Below the pieces are notes generated by a model. It had not been told where the DNA came from. It ran no database searches and saw nothing but the letters and a program-made list of their open reading frames with translations. This document shows, in pieces, positions 14,827-25,040 of a stretch of 64,000 nucleotides of DNA; the stretch's first letter is position 1; every line of letters starts with the position of its first letter. The stretch is from the NCBI GenBank assembly GCA_977017575.1, contig CDRNVI010000149.1:372001-436000 (forward strand), read 5' to 3'. This stretch comes from Paramoeba atlantica. Taxonomy: Eukaryota > Protista > Discosea. The translations under genes were made by a program, and so were the position numbers.

Positions 14827-15719
14827 CTTTTTTTTTTCTTTTTGTTTTGTTTTTTTCCCTTCTGGTGGGTTGGTTTTTTTTCACTCACCAAAACCAAAAA
14901 TTCTTCTTTTTATTTTTTTCTTTTCTTCTTTTTCCTTATGAAATATTCAAAAAGCATAAATTTCAAGAGCTCACCATTTGCACAGATAGTCAAAAATTGA
15001 GATCCCCAAAATTCTCTTAAATCCCCAAAAATTTTATTGGTATGATGGAGGAGGCTTCAGTGAGATTTGAGATGATTGAACAAGCCAACAACTTGGTTGT
15101 AAAGAGTGGAAAAGGGGTCAATATCAAAGGAGAAATATTTATTTTGAAGTATTTACATACAAATGTAAAGATTCTTCTGTTCTTCTTCGTACCATTGTTT
15201 TCCTCCCTCAATAATATGAACCTCACCCACCATCCTGTTTACGATTCTCTTTCTTTTACTTTCTTTTCTTTTTCTGCTTTTTTGGCTTCTCTCTCTTGGA
15301 TTTTCTCGTCTTTCTTCAAGGCTTCATGGTCATCATAATCAAGCAAAGCAAAAGGTGAATGGAGAGAATGGAGACTGACCCGACCAACTCTTTCTCTTTT
15401 GGAGAGAGTTCAACTTTTCATTTTGTTCCCTCTCTTTCTGGTGATGCTCAAGGATCGATATCATCGCTTTAGAGGCTTTCTTCTTCTGCCAGATACCCAG
15501 AGGGATTTGATTCTTTTTCGAGAGTTTGGCATTAAATGGGAAGAGAAAAGGAATGGTTTAAAACAAAATTTATTTCTGCATTAGAATTCTCCAAACTGCA
15601 ACCGCAGAACTCCATGAGGAGAGCCAACGAGTTGCACAACAACACAACAAAGAACAACAAAAAGATGGGAGAAAACGAAAAAGAAAATCACCTGAGGAGA
15701 TTGAAGCTTAGACCCACAA

Positions 15720-17420
15720 CTATGTGTCCACTTTCCTCGAAAATAAGTGGGAAATCCTCTCCTCTCCTCCGAAAAGAAAAAAGTTCACTCCTCTTGTTTC
15801 TCGGGGTAGTACCAACTCTTGTGGAGCACAACCTGATCGACTCTTTTTGGAAGATTTTTCGTATTGACTTTTTTGAAGCCCTTGTCCAGGTTGTAAATCG
15901 AAATCTGGATGAAAGTTATGGAAAGAATCAAACAAAATGGAACCAAAAAAGGGTTGATGTTGCTGAAATCAAATATTTTTTTGGACTATTGATTTCTGTG
16001 GTCAATGTGCGATCAAAACAATATCCTGCCTTGAAAAAGAATTTTCGATGGATTATATGGGAGAAGGGAATCAAGGGATGGGGTGGAACCGATTTTCTGT
16101 GATTTGGCAGCCTTGTGTCCCTTCTGACGAAGAATTTGATGCTCTTGAAGAGGCACTCCGAAAAGCCTACCAAGACTCATGGATTCCTGGTCAAGAAGTT
16201 GTTGCTGATGAGAGTGTCTGGGCTTATAAACCAAGCAAGAACGTCCTTGATCAGCTGCGAGAGCTCAACATCCGAATTCCACTGGTTTACATAAACCCCA
16301 TCCAAACGGGTTGATGGCTTATCAACTCGCCACAAAATCATCCACAACTGGACTCCCCTATATCTTGGACTTTATTGTCCATTGTTCTTTCCCACTAATA
16401 TCCGCCCAAGAAGCAGGAGTTCGCGGACCAGTGGCCTTTTCCCACGAAAATGGAACTTGTGGCTGATTCTGCGTTTGGGTCCTTTTCGGTTTTAGGAGAA
16501 CTGTTGAAAAAGGGGCACAACGGAACGTTTTCTGTTCCTGCGAACGCCTCTGAGTGGCTTTGGCATTTGTTGGCTCGAGGAACTCACGATGCTCATTGGA
16601 ATGGAGCAATCAATTCTGAGGGATTTGTCTACACCCTGACTGTGGGAATTGATGATGAAGGTAAGCGGTCTTTTCATCGAGGTTTGAGTTCCTCCTTTGT
16701 TGTGGAACCCTCATCTTCCTCCTCCTCTTCTTCTTCTGATCCAACAACCACCTCTCCCACTCTCTCACCAACCCCTCCCACTGTTTCACTGTCCCCCCCC
16801 ACTGTTTCTCCAACCTCTCCCATTGTTTCTCCGACCTCTCCTGCTGTTTCTCCAACCTCTCCCACTCTGTCACAAACCTCTTCCACTGTGTTGTCAACCC
16901 CTCCCAATTCAATCCCTCCCATTCCAACTACAACTGCCTCTCCAACTTCTCCCACAACTGCCTCTCCTGCTGTTGCTCCAGCCCCTCCACCCACCCCTCA
17001 CTTGACAAGGGAGTACTTGAGTTTTTTGAAATGCCCACAACTCAGGAATATTTGTTGGGAATTTGAATGTAAGACAAGGTCAGAGGAAAGCTCAGATAAT
17101 TGAGTACATCCTCCAAAAAGCCTTCCCAAGTCAAGAAGAGGCCAACAAGTTTGAGACCACACTCCAAGCTGTTCCCACAATGGAGCACCCTGCCCCCTCC
17201 CCAATTTCATCTTTGTATAAGTCGCATTTTAATGTGATCGACCTGATGGATAAGAAGTGGTACCAATCTGCCGATTCATATCAAATTTCAGATTGGTGAA
17301 CAAAAATCCTTTTTTCATTGATGGATTGTGCCGCCCTCATCAATGCCCACACACATTGCACAATGAATCTGTTCGAATGGAACTGACAAATTTTCGAGAA
17401 TCAGTTGTAGCAAAACTATT
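15720..17420 (+). pseudogene. piggyBac-like DDD transposase, frameshifted, with a SAP-like insert
   Basis: Motifs in the expected order: FFEALVQVVNRN...EIKYFFGLLI, MGWNRFSVI, VVADES, NGLMAYQLA, VADSAFGSF..L.ELLKKG, FNVIDLMD. No TIRs found. Confidence 0.75.
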
Positions 17421-17689
17421 TGAGTGAAAACTCTCCCCTTTTCTTTTTTTTTTTGACATCAATAAATATTGATGAAAAACCACATAAACTTTTTTTTTCT
17501 TGTTTCTTTATTTTGTGACTGCTGTGGAAACAAACAAACATCCAACCATTCGGGGTGTGAACAAATTTTTTGAGGGGTGTGAGCCAGAGAGATATGGGAG
17601 GTATTGGGAATTAAACTCCAATAATGAGCAGCAAGACATAACAATGGAGACTAGGGTATTGAAGGGCCCACAGATCACAAAACTTCTTT

Positions 17690-18584
17690 AATATTTGGCA
17701 AATATAATATCATTTAGGTAGCCCTTGGTTGTAAAAAAAAAATTCGGGGTAAAATTGCCGCTCGAGTTCATCAGGCCACTTTTGGGAGTGTCAACTTTGC
17801 TGTCCCAGGTGTCCTCCTCATCGAATTTCGTGGCAATGATAAAATAGAGTGCCAGGATTGTCCCATCCGCAGTGACAAAAGGTAGGAATGTCCCACAGTG
17901 TGTCCCTTGCACCTTTGATCGATTTTGGAGCTTTGATTGGTCCTTTCAAGCCAGTCGCTTGATTTGTAATTTACCCTCAAGAGCGTTGAAGTCTTGAATG
18001 TTCCACAGAATATTCCCATGACAAACAATGAATCCGGAAATCACTTTTCTGGATCGCCGAACAACTTTCTGAGAAAATTTCCTTTTGCCGAAAACCCGAT
18101 CAAAACCAAATAATAAATCATTCTCATTTTTCCCATTTCAATTGGTCTCGAGGAATTAACGAAGAGTGAGGAAAACACAACACTCTTGTCATAGTTCACA
18201 AACATTTTGGGAAGGACTATTTTCGACTCCAAAAAGTTGCCTATTTTCTCAATAAATTCCATGACTTCCTCGTAGATGTTCAGGTTGGCTCAGTCATTTC
18301 GAAAGAGAGACAGATGCCCGAGACTCAAGTGCTCCTTGTGTTTCATAAAGAACCCTCTGAATTGTGCTTTTTGAGATTGACTTTCTGAACATCAATTCAG
18401 CAGCACTTTTGGTCTCCATAATCGACCATGGCTTTTGTACATTCGCCATCACAAGAATAATGTCCAGAAGTGCTTTGTCTTCATCCTCAGATAAGAGGGA
18501 ATTCCCATGGACTGTAGACTTTGGCTTCTTTCGATAGTAAGCCATGGTGATGGCTGTTGGCTTAGCTTTGTACACTTTTGACAA
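17690..18584 (-). pseudogene. pogo/Fot1-like (CENP-B HTH + DDE_1) transposase remnant
   Basis: LLSEDEDKALLDII helix-turn-helix region, FVNYDKS, TFLPFVTADGTILALYFII and TTKGYLND, spread over several frames. Confidence 0.6.
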
Positions 18585-20004
18585 TTTTGAAAAGGCCTCT
18601 TCATTTGTTAAACCTCACTTCACAAAGTTTGTTCCACCTCCTCCACCAGGTTCTGGTATTTCATCACCACAATAAAATAAAACAAACGGTTAGATGCAAT
18701 AATTTGAATTTTTTCAAACAAAGGAGTTTTTTTTTGACAAAGACACCACCTGTTCGAAACCAACTTCATCATCCACATCCTTGGTTGCTGAACAGAGTTA
18801 TTGCACCAAATGCTATCTTGACAAGTATTTGGTGATGATCAAGGATGAGAGTGATGCTGATGTATTTGCTTCAATTTCATTTGAAACAAAAGAATGATGT
18901 AGTGATGAGGGGAGCTCTGATGAGGGCTCTGAGGAAGAAATTTCTCAAAGGTGGCAGCAGGCAAAGAAACAAAAAGTTTGGATTTTTTTTGATTTTTTTT
19001 GTCTCTCTTTCTTATTCTTTCTCCCAGCAGCAACAGAGGAGGAAGCCACAAACAACCCCATCACTACCATCACCTTCTTCCCACACACGCACAGAAATGT
19101 CGGAGCGGACAAAAAAGTGATCACCCAATCCCAGTTCAATGCAAACATTGGAGTGAAAGGCTCTGTGAGAGGGCAGATCCTCAAATCTCTTTCTGGAGTA
19201 TGATCCAAAGAATCTTGTGAGAAAAGGAGGAGAAGCAACTTGAAATCCTTGCCTTTGTTTATAGGATAAACAGTTTTGGCCAATCCTTTTCTTTTGAAGG
19301 GTATTTGATTGTGCTGGGTGTTGGTCTTGATGATTGTTGTGTGAGAGGAGGCAAAATCAAAAAACTAAAACTCATACAGAGAGGGGAAAATGGATTGCAA
19401 AGCATGAGAGGGGAACTGGTGGGGGATCTGGGTTCAGTACCTCCTGGAGAACCAAAGCAAGATTCAATTTGACAGAACTTGATTTGTGGAGAGTGCCCCA
19501 AAGGGAGCTGATCAATCTCTTTGAGAGACCCCAGATTTGTCACCAACAAAATGGAAAGAGCAGTGGAGGAATTTATGTCTTTTCTTGAAAGGCAACAAGT
19601 GTTGATCAAATGAGGCATGGTCTTCCTTCAGAGTCCCTCTTTTCCTTTTCTTTGTTTTTCACTTGTTTTTTTCTGTTTCTCCTGACTGGAAAGCCAAAAA
19701 ATTGGTTCCTTTTGGCCGCTTTCCAATTAGGAAAGCGGGGTAACCTGTAGAGGGTGACTTTTCCCTCACCCGGGGTCTCCTTTTTTCTGGTAAGGTGGCT
19801 GACATCAGACCCTGTTGGTCTCTGAGATTGGAATCTCGACCAGTGTCACTGCTCTCGCTTCTTTCTTCTTTCTTTTTCACTTTTCTTTTTGTTCCTTCGT
19901 TCTCGTGAACGTTGTTTTCTTGTGTTCCGTTCGTGAGCCTGACACTATTGGTTTTTTGTGTTCTGTTTATTGGGTTTTTTGTTGCCTAGTGCCTTTTTTA
20001 CCCT

Positions 20005-21066
20005 TTGTTTTTCTGTTTGGCCGTATTGTGTACTACAATGTCAGACACTCACAATTCTGATACTGAATACAAGGTCGTGATGGGCGATGCCACACGACCC
20101 GCTGATCGTCTTGCTTCCTTGGAAAAGCGGTTTGATGCTCTCACTAGTTTGCTCCAAACTGTTGTGGACAGGGATCCAAGCGGTCTCAACTTGTCTTTGT
20201 TGTCAACCCCACCCTCAAGCAACCTGTCTCCAGGTTCTGGTATCTCCTCCTCCTCGTCTTCTACATGCTTGACATGGTCTCCTCTGGATCCTCCCTCGTC
20301 TTCTCCCAGCTTTGGTCAGAATACATTGAGTGCTCCCGCTCCTTCCCCCTCCCCTTTGCCACAGTCATGTACGCCAGCTGGGTCGAACGAAATTCCTGGC
20401 TTGTCCTTGCAAATTCCTCCTCCTGGTTTCATCAAACCGACTTGTGGTCATTCTACACTTAAACATGACCCCGCGCGGTTGTATATTTTGGACAACCCTT
20501 TCACCTGGCCTCAGTTTGAGCCTCTCAATCGTTGGGAGACGTGGGCCACATCGAAGAAGGCGGCAAGAAATGTCAATGAATTGTCTGTCCTCTGTACTTG
20601 TGATGCTCTCGTGGAGAAGGTCCTCGAGGAAGCCGCGTCGGGTGGAAATCCTGGTCACTATGCTAAGTTCCTGAGCCAGTTTATTCAGGTTCGTGCGGAC
20701 TTACTTCACGACGCTGATTTGAGAGGGTGGGACCTTGCCCTTCCTGCGCGCAGTATTGCTACCGCCAGACCAAACAAAAAAGGTTGTTTCTCCTGCGGTG
20801 AAAGTGGTCACTCATCTAGAAGTTGCCCTAATAAGGCCAAGGCTGCGGCGGCGCCTGCTCCGGTTGTCCCAAAGTCAGCTGAGCAAGCTTTGAACCAGAT
20901 CAATGGTTCTTTGAACCAAGTTCCTGGTCCAGCAGTTCCTTCTTTCCCCATGGGTTTCTGGCCACCTTTCCCCCCTCAGTTCCCTGGTCCGTATCAAATG
21001 CCTCCAGTCGCGGTGTTGCCTGTGCCGACTCCCCCCCTGTGCAGTCATCCGATACAACTGTGGTGA
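20005..21066 (+). CDS. gag: Gag-like ORF1 with CCHC zinc knuckle
   Basis: CFSCGESGHSSRSC motif, first ORF of the element. Confidence 0.8.
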   Translation: MFFCLAVLCTTMSDTHNSDTEYKVVMGDATRPADRLASLEKRFDALTSLLQTVVDRDPSGLNLSLLSTPPSSNLSPGSGISSSSSSTCLTWSPLDPPSSSPSFGQNTLSAPAPSPSPLPQSCTPAGSNEIPGLSLQIPPPGFIKPTCGHSTLKHDPARLYILDNPFTWPQFEPLNRWETWATSKKAARNVNELSVLCTCDALVEKVLEEAASGGNPGHYAKFLSQFIQVRADLLHDADLRGWDLALPARSIATARPNKKGCFSCGESGHSSRSCPNKAKAAAAPAPVVPKSAEQALNQINGSLNQVPGPAVPSFPMGFWPPFPPQFPGPYQMPPVAVLPVPTPPLCSHPIQLW

Positions 21067-21369
21067 AAAAGAAGAGTCGTAGGAAGCGCAGGAAGTCACG
21101 CAACAGGGCTTCCTCCTCTAGTTCTTCCTCTTCTGAGGATCATTCCTGACCCTTTGGCCCGGTTGAGGGTTATGACGCTGCCAAGAGCCCCCTTTTGCTC
21201 GCTTCATCCCCTCCCAAGCCGAACCAACCTTCCAGCACGATTGCACAGTCGTTGAAGTGTTTGGAACACGTTACCTCTACCTTCAGATGTCCTGGAGTGG
21301 GTCAACACAGGGGTACGCATCCCGATAAATGCCAGTGCTCAGCCTTTTCATGCTCAGAACAAGTTTCCG

Positions 21370-22866
21370 GTGGAACACACTGCGTTTGTCACAAACGAAA
21401 TTCAGAGACTTTGTTGTCTTTCTGTGGTGAAGGAGGTCAGCTCTCCCCCCTTTGCTGTAAATGCTCTCAAGACTGCACCCAAGAGTGGTTTGTGCCTGTG
21501 CAAGACTCTGAGACTGGTTGTTGTGGGTACACGAGTGGACAAACTTTATTCTCTGTATCAGAAGTTGAGGCTCAAAGTGATCCCATTCTTCTCCATGGTG
21601 ATAACAGAAGCAAGAAAGGCAAAGGCACTCACAGTCATCAAAAACACAATCGCTCTCTTGCTCTTAGGGAATGTCACAGCCCGGCAACTTGCCAAAGTGA
21701 TGGGGACGCTAACTTCTCTGGCACCAGCGTTGGACATTGTCAAGATTGCCAGCCCAGCACGAAAACCCTTGAGGATTCTGAGACCTACATGGATGTGGGA
21801 TTCTTACGTGGTGGTTCCACCAATGACAATCGCAATCCTGACCTTTCTCTGGACTCAGATTTACGAGAACAATGGGAGGCCATTCTCCCGCCCTCTACAA
21901 ACCAAGATTGTTGTCTCAGATGCTTCCAAGTCAGAACGTTGGACGGGATGGGGATTTGTGATAGATGCAGAGGAAGGTACAATCTCAGTGGCAAGCCGGT
22001 TCAGCGACGAGACAGCAATGTTCTCCATTGCAGCACTGGAACTCTTGGCTTTCATGGAGGCAATACAGACTTCCCTCAACCTGAAGGTGATTCGGAGGGG
22101 CGACGCAATCCAACCTCTCATAGACAATGTGGTGGCTCTTTATGCTCTAAAGAAGGGGGGAAGCAGGAACGATTTTCTGGACTCAATAGCAAGAAAGGCC
22201 GTTCTTCTTCTCCTACGGAACGATCTGCATTTGTGGAATCCTCGTTACATCCTGTCAGCAATAAATCCAGCTGACGCTCCTTCTTGTCTCAATGATCGGG
22301 GATCTTGGATGACATTACCTTGGGTTCAGTCACTTCTGCTGAGCATTGTTCCCCCCCTAGACATGGATCTGTTCGCCTGCAATCTGTCAGCGGTTGTTCC
22401 TTGCTTCTTCTCAATGACCCTTTGTCCAAACAGTGCAGGTGTCAATGCATTTGCAAAAACTTGGCCACAGAAAGTGTGGATGTGTCCCCCTCTGAGTATA
22501 ATCGCACCAGCATTAGCAACTCTGTTCAAATCTCAAACACATGCCCTGGTCGTTGCGCCATCTTGGAAATGTCCGTGGTTACAACCCCTGTTACGTGGAA
22601 GTGCTTGTTGGCTGCTCACTTTGGATTGGACATCAGGAACAATGCATCAACCAGTCAGTTGTTCAACAGAACTGTCACAGATTTCATTGACAAAATGGAT
22701 AGCAGTTTGGTTTTGCCCAAACCTCTTTGTGACCCGCTCGAGCCCTCCACCAGAGCCAGCTACCTCACGATATGTGCGGCCTTCGACTCCTGGGCGTGTG
22801 AAAGAGACTATTGCGCTTTCCCTGCGACAAATGCAGTGTTGTCAGAATATGTTCGGTCCAAACTAG
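21370..22866 (+). pseudogene. DIRS pol remnant: RT thumb, RNase H and Dam-methylase-like domain; RT palm missing
   Basis: SDAS..WG, ELLA, IDN, NPADAPS (RNase H); DLFAC...NAFAKTW..VWMCPP (methylase-like, NPP replaced by CPP). No YxDD. The upstream VLEWVNTGY segment is broken by a stop and a frameshift. Confidence 0.8.
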
Positions 22867-23615
22867 CTCATGGTCTGGGGGCAGCGGCTCTCAGCGTCAT
22901 TTCTGCGGTAAGAAGAATTCACAAAGATCTCGGCCTTACCCCACCAGTTGTGGATCAGTCAGTCGTCACTGCAGCCAGGAAGGTGCCAAGAAAACTCCCT
23001 GATGTTCAGCCATTTCCCATGTCTCTGGCAATCCATGCATGGGAAACCGGTTCCTCTTCAACCAAGTTCTATGCGGTCATTGCTGCATTGGCTTGTCATC
23101 TAATGTTACGCCCTGGTGAAATTGGTAAGATCCTCCTCTCGGACGTTCACCTCGCTCAGAATGGTGTTTGGGTATGTCTCAGAGCAAGGAAGTCTGATAA
23201 GATCTTAAAGCGGAATCCATGGCATCTTTTGTCTTGCTCTTCGGATTCCATTAGAACCTTTTGCCTTCCATGCGCTGTTTACTTACTGTGTATTGCTCGA
23301 TACGAAAATGGTACGGACGCAAGCCCACTGTTTGCAGATGCGAAAGAGTTTCCTCTTCCCCCTGGCATAATGGGCACCATTTTCAACTTCATTGCAGCAG
23401 TGGTGGATCCTTCCATGGGCTCCAGATTCACGGGAAAAAGTGGAAGGGTTGGCGGTGCAATCAGTGCAGCTCTGGGCGGAGCCCCTGAATTGGTCATCTG
23501 TACGTGTGGAGATTGGCGCTTGGACGCTATCAGGAGATACATTGCTGGCATTATGGCGTTGAAAACAGAACTTTTCTCCTTGATGGTCTTGCCAGGGACC
23601 ATGACCCAACCATAA
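22305..23615 (+). CDS. Tyrosine recombinase overlapping pol; the true start is probably internal
   Basis: LRPGE (Arg), RARKSD (Lys), GKSGRVG (His replaced by Lys in HxxR), GDW, RRY (Tyr). Confidence 0.88.
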   Translation: MDDITLGSVTSAEHCSPPRHGSVRLQSVSGCSLLLLNDPLSKQCRCQCICKNLATESVDVSPSEYNRTSISNSVQISNTCPGRCAILEMSVVTTPVTWKCLLAAHFGLDIRNNASTSQLFNRTVTDFIDKMDSSLVLPKPLCDPLEPSTRASYLTICAAFDSWACERDYCAFPATNAVLSEYVRSKLAHGLGAAALSVISAVRRIHKDLGLTPPVVDQSVVTAARKVPRKLPDVQPFPMSLAIHAWETGSSSTKFYAVIAALACHLMLRPGEIGKILLSDVHLAQNGVWVCLRARKSDKILKRNPWHLLSCSSDSIRTFCLPCAVYLLCIARYENGTDASPLFADAKEFPLPPGIMGTIFNFIAAVVDPSMGSRFTGKSGRVGGAISAALGGAPELVICTCGDWRLDAIRRYIAGIMALKTELFSLMVLPGTMTQP

Positions 23616-23743
23616 CTATTTGTGCAGTCCTCTTTGGATTTTTCCTTCTGTCTTTCTCTCCTTTTTCTTGTTTCTGTCTCCTTTTGTCTTCTCCATGAGT
23701 CTTGTTCCTTTAGAAAGGAACTCTCGGAGGGTTATCCGGAAAT

Positions 23744-23816
23744 GCTCGTTTAGCTTAGTTGGTAGAGCGCTGTGCTAATAATGCGGAGGTCACAGGTTTG
23801 ATCCCTGTAATGAGCA
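23744..23816 (+). tRNA. tRNA-Ile(AAU), degenerate copy
   Basis: Differs from the 39268 copy by four CG-to-TG changes, including T-loop TTTGA. Confidence 0.8.
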
Positions 23817-24062
23817 ATTTTTTTTTTTGAAAAAAAAATTGAAAAAAAAATCAATCTCATCTCATTGACTTCCTCCTTTTCCCTTGTTGTGGTTGGTTGG
23901 GAATTTGAATGGGGTTTTCTTTTGTCTTTGTTGGTCTTGAGATTCTGTGAGTGCTCAAGAAGGAATTAAAACCTTTTTTTTCTCTCTCTGAGTGTCCTTT
24001 TCTTCTTTTTCCTTCTTCCATCAAAATCACACTAAAATTTGATATCTTTTCAATATACATTC

Positions 24063-24136
24063 TCCTCCTTAGCTCAGTTGGCAGAGCGTGTGGCTGTTAA
24101 CCCACAAGGTCGGAGGTTTGAACGCTCCAGGTGGAG
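24063..24136 (+). pseudogene. tRNA-Asn(GUU) pseudogene
   Basis: Relative to 42315: extra C in the anticodon stem, TTTGA T-loop, T-stem mismatch. Confidence 0.8.
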
Positions 24137-24968
24137 TTTTTTTTTTTTTACCCAACCCCCTCACTCCACAACTTTTTGCAGCTCCATTTTTCAATAAGAT
24201 TGTGGATGCTTTTCAACATTCAGCTATTTTCCAGCTCAGAATGGTGCAGTCAAAAGATATGTTCAAGAAGCTAAAAGGTCTTTACTCTGTTAAATTGTTG
24301 GAGGGTGAAACAAAACAAGTTGGGTGAAATTTTTGCCAGTTGTTCAAAAAAATGTCTTTTAGTGCCAGAAACATAAGTCAACACCACCTCATTTGCTTGG
24401 ATGTCTGGAAGAGAGAGAGAGAGAGAAACCAGGCAGCAAATTATGAAGGGTTGAAGTTGGAAATTGCCCCACACTCCTGAACAACTGTTGGAAAGGAATC
24501 GAAAGATGGTTTTTGAAGTTTATCCAACCCTTGTGAAAATTGTCCAAAGAAATGAGTAAAAAAAGGCTGTGATTAATGTGAATGAAAGAAACCAAAAGCA
24601 ACAAAATCTTTGAATGCCAAAATTCTTTCGAATGGTCTGTTGGTGATGAAACTGAAGACCACCCTCACTCTCAACCTCCTTACCTTTACAAACACCAGTG
24701 GCTTGAACATTCAACTATTGCACCTTCAGTATTGGAGAATAATCCCCAAAAAGAGAAAAAAAAAATGACAGTATGACTTACTTTCAAAATTGTTTTTGAA
24801 AAGTTTCGAATTTTTCTTGGAAAAGGAAGTTTCTGAAGAGTTTGGTGATCCCACACAAAACAGATACACCATTTTGATAGAGAAAAACAAAAGAACAAAC
24901 AATGACTTCAAAAAAATAAGACCAATTCTGCCCCACCCCCTGCTGCATGGATTTGAAGAAAAAAAAAG

Positions 24969-25040
24969 CTCCCTTGCCGGGAATCGAACCCGGGGTGGCC
25001 GGGTGAAAGCCGACCGTGTTACCGACTACACCACAAGGGA
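24969..25040 (-). tRNA. tRNA-Glu(UUC)
   Basis: Reverse complement TCCCTTG...GTCGG-CTTTCAC-CCGGC...CAAGGGAG. Confidence 0.95.

Larger units (their letters stand above)
19714..23734 (+). mobile_element. DIRS-like tyrosine-recombinase retroelement (gag, RT-core-deleted pol/RNase H/methyltransferase-like, YR)
   Basis: Ends GGCCGC... and ...GGAGGGTTA are defined by the shared termini of 47630-48245 and by the empty tRNA-Ile site at 39235-39270. Confidence 0.9.

Noticed and set aside
15532-17691. TTAA sites as piggyBac boundaries
   Set aside because: No matching inverted termini lie next to them.
19560-19600. GIY-YIG endonuclease (SSGGIYVF)
   Set aside because: A stop follows immediately and there is no YIG motif.
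21195-22274. 359 aa Cys-rich ORF as a separate gene
   Set aside because: An alternative frame over the DIRS pol region with no recognisable domain; open overlapping frames are common in these elements.
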